DNA from: Mobula hypostoma
Lineage: Eukaryota
Length of the DNA: 64,000 bases
Reading direction: 5' to 3'
Assembly: GCF_963921235.1 (NCBI RefSeq)
Contig: NC_086118.1
Location: forward strand, 16,494,001-16,558,000
Shown here: positions 13,933-25,900 of the stretch, one piece after another
Numbering within the stretch: the first letter of the stretch is position 1
Layout: each line of letters starts with the position of its first letter
Notes under the pieces: generated by a model
What the model saw: the letters and a program-made list of their open reading frames with translations, nothing else
Database searches by the model: none
What the model was told of the DNA's origin: nothing
Program-made: the position numbers and the translations under genes

Positions 13933-16900
13933 TGTGGTATGTCGAATTACTGGGTGAATGAGTAGTCTTTGGGGTACTGCAAGTTTGTATCTTTATTGAT
14001 GTTTTGCGGCACGCTTGAGTGCTTGGTGGAGGGCGCTGATGTTTTTTTGCTAGTCAGTGGGGGGTAAGTTGTCTTACTGCTGCTTATGCATGGGAGGGGG
14101 AGCTGGGAGGGACTTTGGAGTTCTAACATTTAACTGTCACTCATTCTTTGGGACACTCTGTTTCCATGGATGTTTGCAAAGAAAACGAATTTCAGGATGT
14201 ATATTGTATACATTTCTCTGACATTAAATGTACCTATTGAAACCTACCTTTCTGAGGATCTGCTGTCGTATTATATGTTGTTGGAGGTGCTGCTGGAATT
14301 GTGGACTGCCATTTTGTTGCTGAACCTCCTGGCCCTTTGAGCACTAAAGAACCAAAAATGATTCATCAACCATATTAACACGTAACTGTCAATACTTCAT
14401 CACTATAAATATTAAAACATTAGTTTTTACTGGTTAAAAACAGCTGTACAGTAAGTTCCTCTTTTCAATAGTTTATTGATTTCAACATCTTTCTTTATCT
14501 AAAATGTCATTGTTTTGACATAATATAGCCACAGAAAGCGGTATTCTATATTAAGAGTAAAAGTTGTAAAGAACTTCATTTTGATAATATCACAATCCCT
14601 AATATTTATTGAACTGTTTTGATTTTTATCTTCATTTTTCCTGAAGTGAACCAGTTAAAGGACTGTTTCTTTGCATCTTCCCATCCACAACATTAGCCAC
14701 CTTATTTTTTGCTAAATGCTGAGGAGATTAAGTTGATGAGACCATTAGACATAGGAGCAGAATTAGGCTATTTGGTCTATCAAATCCATTCTGCCATTCC
14801 ATCATGGCTGATTTATTATCTCTCTCAACCATGTTCTCCTGCCTCCTCCCTGTAAACTTTGATACCCTACTAATCAAGAACCTGTCAACCTCCATTTTAA
14901 ATATATTTAATGACTTGGCCTCCACAGACATCTTTGGCAATGAATTCTACAGACTCACCACCCTCTGGCTAAAGAAATTCCTCCTCATCTCTGTTCTAAA
15001 TGGATGTCCCTCTATTCTGAGGCTGTGTTCTCAGGTCCTAGACTAAACTACTATGGAAAACATCCTCTCCATGTCCACTCTATCTTGGCCTTTCAATATT
15101 CGATGGTGTCAACATGATTTCCCACCCGCTACCATTCTTCTGAAGTCCAGTGAGTACAGGCCCAGAGCCATCAAACGCTCTTCATACATTAATCCTTAAA
15201 TTCCTGGAATCGTTCTTATGAACCTCCTCTGGACTCTCCTCAATGCTAGCATATCTTTTCTGAGCTAAGGGGCCAAAACTGCTCACAATAAAGGCTCAGT
15301 ATTATATCTTTGCTCTTATATTTTAGTCCTCTCAAAATTAATGCTAACATTGCATTTGCCTTGCTTATCATCAGCACAACCTCCAAGTTATCCTTTAAGG
15401 GAATCCTGTACAAGGACTCCCAAGCCCCTGTGCACCTCTCATTTTTTCATTTTCTCGCTATTTAGAAAATAGTCTATGCTTTTATTCATTCTGCAAAGTG
15501 CACGATAATATACTTCCCTACATTACATTGCATCTGCCGCTTCTTTGTCCATTTCCCCAATCCGTCTAAGTCCTTCTGCAGACTCACTGCTTTCTCAACA
15601 TTACTTGCTCCCCATCTACTCTGTAAATTTGGCCACAAAGCCATCAATTCCATCATCCAAATCATTGACATAGAACGTGAAAATAAGTGGTCACAACATA
15701 GACCCTTGCGGAACACCACTAGTTAACGGCAGCCAACCAGAGAAGGCACATTTTCTTCCCATCCTTTCCCCCCTGCTGGTCAGCAATCTTCTATCCATGC
15801 TAGTATCTTTCCTGTAATACTACAGGCTCATCTTGTTAAGCAGCCTCATGTGCAACACCTTGTCAAACACCTTCCGAAATTCCAAATACAAAACATCCAC
15901 CAATTCTCCTTTGCCTATCCTGCTTATTATTTCGTCAAAGAATCCCAATAGATCTGTCAGGCAAGATTTTCCCTAAAGGAAACTATCATGACTTTGACAA
16001 ATATTATCACTCGTCTCCAAGCACCCCAAAACCATATCCTTAATAATAGACTCCAACATCTTCCCAACCACTGAAATCAGGCTAATTGGCCTATAATTTG
16101 CTTTCTTCTGCCTCCCTCCCTTCTAAAAGATTGGGGTGACATTTGCAATTTCCATTCCTCTGGAGCTATTCCAGAATCTAGTGATTCTTGAAAGATCATT
16201 ACAAATGCCTCCACAATCTCTTCAGCTACCTCTTTCAGAACCATAGGTTGTATTCCATCTGGTCCAGGTGACTTATCCATTTTCCAACCTTCAGCTCCCC
16301 AAGCATCTTTTCCTTAGTAACAGCAGCTACATTCATGACTGCCCTGACATTCTCAAAATTCTGCCATACTGCTAGTGACTTCCACGATGAAGTCTGACTC
16401 AAAATACTTAATAGGTACGTCTGCCATTTCTTTGTCCCCCCCATTACTACCTCTCCAGTGTTCTTTTCCAGCAGTCTGATATCTCACTTCTCTTTTACTC
16501 TGTAGATATTTGAAAAACTTTTGGTACCCTATTTTATATTATTGGCTAGCTTAACTTCATATTTCATATTTTCTCTGCGCATGGCTCTTTTTTAAAGTTG
16601 CTTTCCATTGGTTTTTAAAAAAGCTTCCCAATCCTCTAACTTCCCACTAATTTTTTGTTCTATTATATGTCCTTTGCACTCCTTTTACTCCGTATTTGAC
16701 TTCCCTTGTCAGCTACAGTTGCCTCACCCTCCCTTCAGAATACGTCTTCATCTTTGTGACGTATCTATCCTGTTTTCTGAATTGCTCCAGAAACCCCAGC
16801 CATTGTTTTCCCATCATTCCTACTAGTGTCTCCTTCCAGACAGCTCCTCTCTCCTGCCTCAGTAATTCCCTTTACTCTACTGAAACACTGATACATCTGA

Positions 16901-19900
16901 CTTTATCTTTTCCCTATCAGATTGAATGAGATGGAAGTGAGCATTCGGACATATACGTTTGCCTGAAGAAGCTGTATATTTCATATTATAAACAATAGCA
17001 TCTGTGATCTTGGCTAATGTGACCCACAGCTGCTGCCACAGACATTTTCTGCTGTAACCAATGGTGGTATAAAAGGCAAGGACCACATAACACTCAACAA
17101 GTGCATTTCAAACTAGGTTTGAGTTTTACCTGTATCTTGAGCTGAGCGTTGCAAGATGGAATGGACTGAAGCTGATGGGGTGAACCACTACGCCCATCTC
17201 CATTCGGGGGGGCAGGTGACACTGGCAGAAGGAAGTGGTTGCTCGGGGATGGGGGAAGGCTGGCATGCTGAGGGCTGCCAGTTATTGCTCCAAGGGGAGA
17301 ATGCTGCGGTGAGCACTGTGGACTCAGGAACGGCGGTGACCTCACCGTGCTGTGCTCTGTGGTCTCCGCACACATCTGACTGTTCACCACACCAGGTTTC
17401 TGCGGTGTGCCACAGGTATTTAAGCTTTCTGTGGAGCTGTTGCTGGACGTGGAGGAGATCATTGGTGTCATACTCCTGTCGGTTATCTGTTGCCCGGCAA
17501 ACGGGCAGCTGGACATCAGGTTTTCCTGCTTTACAGACACACTGTAGAGTGGCTGAGAGGAAGACTGCTGCTCGTGTTGATTGTTCCTCTTCTGTTTCTG
17601 AAGCTGGATCTTCAGTTCTTCCACCTGCTTCTGCTCCATGTGCAGCTTCCAGGTCAGCTCATCGATAACCTTCTGCTTTTCCATCAGCATTTTGTCTTTC
17701 TGGGTGTCGAAACCTTCCATGTCAGCCTGAATACTGCCCCCATTCATGCTGCTCATCAGGCTGTCCTCAGCGCTTAGCTGAAGAGGCGATGGCTGCAGTC
17801 CGAGCTGCGGGGATGGCACGGGTACGTCGCTGAAGCTATCGGGCAACCCGCTCAAATCGGAGCCAGTTACGGAAAGATCGGACGACGCTGGGGAAATGGG
17901 CGGGGTTGAGCTGGTGCTGCCAAACTGATAGAAGCCATTCGGCAGCACGGTGGTGGCAGTCTGAGTCTGAAAGCTCGACAGGGAGGTCACAGAGGTTATT
18001 GGGAACGATGCAGTCGTCATCTCGTTGACTGAGCTGGACGAGGTGGTGCTGGTGCTGCTGACCGGCAGGCTGTTTCCACTGGAGTCCTGGAAAGGTTTCA
18101 GTCTCTTCATGAGGGCCGTTTTTGTACCAGACACAGGAAGGCCTCTTATTCTCAGCTGCTGCCTCAATTCTGATACCTGCAAGGTCAATATAAAAACAGG
18201 ATTACACCATCTCACAAAAGATAGGGGCACTAACTTCCCACAGAGAATAACAGTCAAGGGAATTGCCAAGGCCCTCTCCTTAACACGCTCCAAGTACACA
18301 TTTCTGTGCCCTACAGACTTCCAAAATTAATTTCTAATTAATACATATGAAGTATTAATTAATTGATTACTTAATCTCCTCAAGGAAATATTAACTCATA
18401 GATTAGTTCAAATAAAATGAAATTGTACGATGCAGCTGTGTAAACTATAACTATGCTCCAGTGGAAGGATCCCCAGCTTGCGGTCCATGGCTTAATGGTA
18501 TTGGTCCACAGCATAAAAAAGGTTTTGGGAATCTCTGCTCTATTTCAACAGTACGTGGCAGGGAGCCGCTTGACAGAAGTCATCAGCACACTTATACATA
18601 CTTTGGTTCCTTAATGTGTACATGTGTCCAGTTAAAGTAATTGGAGGAAAACTTGAAATGTGGCCTTGGGTTGACCTCAAGAGTGGACAGTAAGTCAGTA
18701 CTGATCAGGAATGAAGGGTGTCGGCCCAAAATGTTAACTACTCATTCAATTCCATCGGTACTGCCTGATGCGCTGAGTTCCTCCAACATTTTGTGTGTGT
18801 TGTTCTGGATTTCCATCATCTACAGAGTCTCTTGTGTCTCCAAGCCATCCTATAGTGGACTATCAAGGTTTTGGAGTAGGTTGCAATCTGGTATCCATAT
18901 CCAAGGTATTACTGAGGTGTCAAATGGGTGTAGCCGCAGAGGAAGCGCCTTCAAGACACATACAGAACTGTCCAATCAGTTCACTTCAGTTTTCCTCTCA
19001 GTTGAATGTCGCAAGTTAAAGTAACGGTTAAAAAGATAAAAAGATACACAAACCAATCTTCCGTCCGTGGACTCACTTCACACCGCACACTGTCGGAGCA
19101 GTGCTGCCAGGATAATCAAGGACACGACCCACCCAGCCAACATACTTTTCGTCCCTCTTCCCTCCGGGAGAAGGCTCAGGAGCTTGAAGACTCGTACGGC
19201 CAGATTTGTGAACAGCTTCTTTCCAACTGTGATAAGACTGCTGAACACATCCTGACCTGGATCTGGGCTGTACCCTCCAAATATCCGGACCTGCCTCTCA
19301 GTTTTTTGCACTACCTTACTTTTCCTTTTCTATTTTCAATTTACAATTTATAATTTAAATTTTTACTATTTACTATTGATTTGTACTCCAGGCAGCACGA
19401 AGCGCAGAATCAAATATCGCTGTGATGATTGTATGCTCTAGTATCAATTGTTTGGCGACAATAAAGTAAAATGTTAAATTAAGAGTTGAGTCCATGAGGT
19501 TATAGTCAGTTATTTACTTGCAAGTCAGAATTAAGAAACATATACTCACTACCCAAGGTGAAAGACTTGGACATGGCTGCCTCAGTCGTTGTTTTGTGTG
19601 CAGGGCCAACACAAGTGTTAGCCCTGCCCACTGCTGAGACAGCCTACAACGCTCTGCTCAGTGTGACCAGAATTAACATGAGCAGCATTGCCTAGCCTGC
19701 CAGTCAGCTATAGACATAAATGTAATTGACAATGCTCTGCAACACACACACACACACACACACAATGCTGAATGAACCCCACAGATCAGGCAGCATCTAT
19801 GGAGGGAAATGAACAGTCAGTGATCCTACATTAGAACTCACGCTTATAGTAACCAAATGCTACAAGATCATTCTATTCCTGTTCTCACTTCCTTCTACCT

Positions 19901-22900
19901 TCAACAGGCAGCATACGTGTTGAAATGCCTGCCTAGTTTATCAGTTACATAGTTGGTGAAATTATATAACTAGTTCTATATTTTAACATATGGGATAATT
20001 ACATTTCACGTGATTTGCCTGTGAAATCTAGTGAAACAGAATGCAGTCTCACTTTAGCTGAAACTCCTTGTACTGTGGTTTACAACAGTCACTTTCAGGC
20101 ACCAATCTGTAAGAAGTATCTGCTGGTGAAAAGCTCGTTGAAGTAAAGAAAGACTGCTCTTGTATTCCACCTGCCTATGTATCCATTTGTGTCCACATTT
20201 ATGAAAATAAATGCATATCTGTGTGAATCACAAGTGGATCATGCCTCAATTAACCACGGGAAATAACAAGACATTTAGGAGAACACCTGGAGAAAGCAAG
20301 GACAACAAGGAAGTTAATAATAAGGCAAGCCCTGACAGATCAAATTAAGCATTTAGGTGAAGTTTCTTCATGCACAAAGCCATATTGAGATGGCACCTGG
20401 AGTCTTATCAAATGATCAGATTTGTTACTACTGCAATGCTTGACATGAGTTTTAAAGGGACTCTGCAGCAGAGTAATACACAATGCACTTCCTGCAACAT
20501 TATCCACATCAGACTTGTATTCTGAACTACCGTGACTAACGTAAAAGAAATTCAAAAATATCTCCACGCAGAGAAGGAGAATCAAATAGTGAAAGAGGGA
20601 ATGTGTCTTAATTTCCAGAGTATTAGCTGCAATAAATCCTGGATTATTGCTGCATAATAAATAAAACTTTCAATCTTCTCCATCAGCAAAAAGGACATCT
20701 CACCGACGTTAACATTTAAATGAGTTCTTCCAATCTTCTGATGCAAGTGCAGTAGGAAATTGGTGCAAAACTCTTTACAGTGCCTTAACAGTGGACTAAA
20801 TTCTTCCCACAATCCACCCATCCAATAAGAAAACCAATGTAATCTTTCTATACTTCCTCTGTAACCACACTTAGCAAGAATAAGTTGAGTTTCTGGATAT
20901 AATGAGCACATTTTAATATCTAAAAGGTTATTAATTGCTATCATCACACATTTGAAATACAATTCAATTTTTAAAAAATTATTTGCATAAAGGCATTTTA
21001 AAGTAAACATGGAATGTGGATTTGAATATACCTTTAAATCATCCAGATTGGACGGAAGTGGTCCTGGCTTCAAAGGGCAGCTGGTGGCTTGACCTGATAT
21101 CGTGGACTTCACAGGAGATATGCTGCTGCCTGGCATAGTAGTAGTTGAGGTGCATGTGCTTCTGGAGATCTGATCACCAGAGTGCCTGGAAAAAGCATTG
21201 AAAACACTCACTTCAGCTGGATTAACGTATCTGGATATCGGTAATTTTTCACAATGGATGGTATACATTGCTGAATCATGATTAGCAGTTGCAATGCAAA
21301 CGTTATCCTCACTCTCCTTTCAGCAATTAACTTGCCAACCTTTCCATCATCGATCTTTCTTGAAGTACTATACAGCAGGATATAACCAATTACGAGCAAA
21401 ATAACCATTGAAAACAGTATATTCAGCCTTCTTTAGTTATTGTATTGGAATTTGTCTGAATTAGAATTTATCTTTTGATATTTCACAGCACTAAAGAACA
21501 AAGCAGAGAGAGAGAAGTTTGGCCTTGATTGCTCACACAGACACACTTCTGAACTTGACTGTTGAACTTCACCCTTTGTACATCCTTCCTAATGTTTGAA
21601 AACTAATACTGATTTTCTCAGGTGAGTTGGTAAATAGGTGGGACTTGATAGTCACCATGGAAACTATGGGCTGAAGGACCGGTTCCTATGATTGTATGGC
21701 TCTGAAGTATTGCTCCAAACATCTAGGCAAAGGTTTAGTCTACTCACTTCAGAGGACTAGAGAGAATGTTTTGATAGTTGTACTGATGTTGCTGGTGATG
21801 TTGTTGCTGGCTTAGTATCTGCAGCTGAAGGAAGAGCTGTTGCTGCTGGAGCAGCTTGGCATAGGCCGAGTCCATCGGAGGGAGGGACTTCTCTGGTTTC
21901 TGATCCGGTGGAATGTACTGATGGTACTTCAGTTTCTTCACCTTTGGCTTTGTGTCCTTTGGCTTCTTGTGTCGCTGGTTCTTCCCATCTGATGATGGCT
22001 TTGTCTAATTTTAATGGAAGGGATGAAAGGGAATACTTAAGCTCATTTCACATTGTTTAGTAGTTGCAGTCAAGTAGCAAAACATTTGGCATTCCTTCCT
22101 TATTGTTAAAATTATTGACTTCAGCACAAGAATTTAAGTCCATTTGCAACAATGTTTGGAGATGGATGGTCAATGCTTAACATCCGATTTGAATTTTGAC
22201 ACTCCCGATAGGTATTCCGCAATGTAACTTACACTGTAATTGATGTGTTTTTGTTTGCATTAAATGACTTAGCTCACATGGCAGTCTGCTCTAAAGGGAC
22301 TGCTTCATTTTCACACCAAAGCTGACTTTGTGTTGTGCAAGTTGGACTTGAAAAATTGAGCTGAGTCTAAGCCAAATTAAAACGAGCCCCATTCATCAGA
22401 TGCTACAGATACGGTATTTACTATGATGCATCCCTGTGATGTTTTTCATTCCCACCTCCAGCATCCTCATTGCAACCCTTATCCTACATCCTGGCCACTT
22501 CTGCATATTTTTTCTTATTTTCCTCTCTAGCTGCAACTGAAAAAATTTATCTTATTTTGCAAACAGCTTCTTCTGACATTGATGTAATTCTGATTTATTT
22601 TTAAAGATAACACAAGCCAACAGAAAAAAATAAAGGAATTACACCATTAGCTTTTGAGAAAGCAGAAAACTCTCCACATTATCCTGCAAAGCATCACATT
22701 CAAATATTTCCTGTGATGCTTTACCGAGGAAACAACTGTTCTTTTGTGGACTAATATAACATCTTCCTTCAGTTTTTCAATAGCAATGTTTAAGAGCTCT
22801 TTTGTGGCTTGAAGGAAGGCAAGTGACTTGGGCTTACTTTAACAATTGCTGGCACTGGAATTGGTGTGGTAACTTGGCCATTCTGCTGGTTTTGGCTTCC

Positions 22901-25900
22901 TGGCTGACTGATCTGGTTATTAGGTGCAGATCTCTTTACGTCACAATGCTGGGAGAGGTGAGGAAGATACTGTAAAGCAAAGTGGGAAAAAAAGTTAGTA
23001 AACTGTAATCTTATTCCTTTATTTTCATCTTTAAAACTTGACTTCTTGCAAGTTAATTATCTGCACATAACCCTGGAAATACTGTATGGAGGCAGGTCAT
23101 AGGTCCGGTGGCTTTGTATTCAAAAATTTTGTTGAGATAGTTCAGAGTTAGCTGATGTACAATTATGTTGGATAACTAGGCCAAAAATTGACATGTCAAT
23201 ACCCAGTAATACAGTATTGCAAAACTCAAATACTTTTATTTAGTGCACCCATTTATGAGTCATATTATATTAAGATGTAATTTCATAAATTAAAATTTAT
23301 TAAGAAATTAAAATACTAGATTCACCTAACCATTCCATTTCCACTTTTTCTCCTGGTCTTTCCTGCTTCTACTGTACACTGACTGCACTGTTCTTAACAG
23401 TCAGAATACAACCATTTTGTGATCCTTTGCACAATTCAAAAGCTGAAGCACGTCAGCAGTTCTGAGGTAACCATATCCAACCATAATTTGGGCCAGTACC
23501 CTGAATCAGCACAGAGAGTAGGGAGAGGAGATGTTTTTGGGTTTAGGGAGTAAAAGATAGAGGAAGTGGGAAACTAAATGATCAATCAAAATATCTTATG
23601 GATCCATACACGGTGATTGCAATATTACTAGGGTCATTGAAGGACAACCGGGGGAAGAAAGTCAGAATCAGGTTTAATATCACCGGCATATGTTGTGAAA
23701 TTTTACTGTTATGTGGCAGCAGTACATTGCAACACATAATCATAAAAACTGTGAATTTCAGAAAGTAGTATGTATATATAGTGAAGTAGTCTGATGGCGG
23801 GGGGAAGAAGCTGTTCCTGAATCGTTGATTGTGTGCCTTCAGGTGCTTGAGGTGTGTACCATCTCCCTGAGCGCAATAAATAAGTGGGAGTTCACATCAG
23901 GTGAAATGCAATGTTTCACCTGGGGTTTTCCTCAGGGAGATAACACTGTGTGATATATGATGAGCAGCAAAATGGCTACATTTAAAACAGAAAATTGCAT
24001 ACATTAAAAGAACCAAATAAACTCTAAAGAAATACTAGTGCGAATCAATTACATTCAAGCACTCTGAAATAATCCGGACATAAACAGTGTTACTGCTCAT
24101 ATTTAATAATTTGTGAGAATATGATATCATGGAAAAGGACTGTTGGTTAGTTGATGTAGTGTCTACAGTGCCTATAAAAAGAATTCACCCCTCCCCCTGG
24201 GAAGTTTTCATTTTTTATTGTTTTACAACATTGAATCACAGTGGATTTAACTTGGCTTTTTTTGACTAGTCAACAGAAAAAGACTCTTTTCTGTCAAAGT
24301 GAAGAAAGAGCTCTATAAACTGATCTAAATGAATTACAAATATAAAACACAAAATAATTGAATTCATATGTATTCACCCCTTTGTATAATGCACATCAAA
24401 TCATCACTGGTGCAGCCAATTGGTTTTAGAAGACACATAAGTAGTTAAATGGAGATCACATGTGTGCAGTCAAGGTGTTTCAATTGACTGTAGTAAAAAT
24501 ACACCTGTATCTAGAAGGTCCAACTGCTGGTGAGTCAGTATCCTGGCAAAAAACTACACCATGAAGACAAAAGAACACTCCAAGCAACTCAGTGAAAAGA
24601 TTATTGAGAAACACAAGTCAGGAGATGGATACAAGAAAATTTCTAAATATCCCTTGGAGCACAGTTAAGTCAATCATCATGAAATGGAAAGAATATGGCA
24701 CAGCTGTAAATCTGCCTCGAGCAGGCCGTCCCCAAAAACTGAGTGACCATGCAAGAAGGGGACTAGTGAGGGAGGCCATCAAGAGACCTATGACAGCTAT
24801 GGAGGAGTTAGAAGCTTCAGTGGCTGAGATGGAAGAGACTGTGCATACACCTGTTGCCTGAGTGCCTCACCAGTCACAGCTTTATGGAAGAGTAGCAAAG
24901 AGTAAGCCACTGTTGGAAAAAAAAACTCACATGAAATCTCAGCTAGAGTTTGCCAGAAGGCATGTGGGAGATTTTGAAGTCAGCTGGAAGAGTTTCTATG
25001 GTCTATGAAACCAAAAATTGATCATTTTGGCCATCAGACTAAATGCTATTTTTGGCGTAAGTTGAACAACATACATCATCAAAAATATACAATCCCTACT
25101 GTGAAGCATGGTGGTGGCTGCATCATGCTGTAGGGATGCTTTACTGCAGCAGGCCCTGGAAGGCTTGTGAAGGTAGAGGGTAAAATGAAAGCAGCAAAAT
25201 ACAGGGAAATCCTTGATGAAAATCTGACACAGTCTGCAAAAGAACTGTGACTTGAAAGAGGATTTGTTTTCCAGCAATACAATGACCCCAAGCATAAAGC
25301 TAAAGCTACACAGGAATGGCTTAAAAACAACAAAGTTGAGGTCCTGGAGTGGCCAAGTCAGAGTCCAGACTTCAATCTAATTGAGAGTTTGTGGCTGACT
25401 TGCAAAGGGCTGTTCACTCACGATCCCCATGCAACCTGACAGAGCTTGAGCAGTTTTGTAAAGAAGAATGGGGGAAGATGAGCAAAGCTGATAGAGACCT
25501 ACCCACACAGAATCATGGCTGCAATTGCTGCCAAAGGTGCATCTACTAAATACTGACTTGAAGGGGGTGAGTAATTATGCAATCAATTATTTTGTGTTTA
25601 ATAATTGTAATAAATTTAGACCAATTTATGGAAATATTTTTACACTTTGTCACAAGTCTTTTCTGTTAATCAGTGTCAAAAAGGTGGGGTGGGTGAATAC
25701 ATTTTGTAGGAACTGTATATAAAAGGGGATGAAAACATGTTCTGGAAACTGTAGATCAGTCAGCTTAAAAATCAGTCGTGGGAAAAATAATGGAGTTCTA
25801 ATGAAAGGAGAGGACAGAAGAATATCTCAAAAAGTGTAATAATATCCAACCTTGTTGCTTGTTTTTAAGAAGGCAACAGTTAATGTAGCAGATCCTGATC

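Noticed and set aside
17156..17777. Plus-strand ORFs (170 aa and 95 aa) overlapping exon 10
   Set aside because: Antisense shadows of a GC-rich coding exon with no recognisable domain.
20582..21268. 228-aa minus-strand ORF as a separate gene
   Set aside because: Only 21032-21185 is exonic; the rest is intron read-through.
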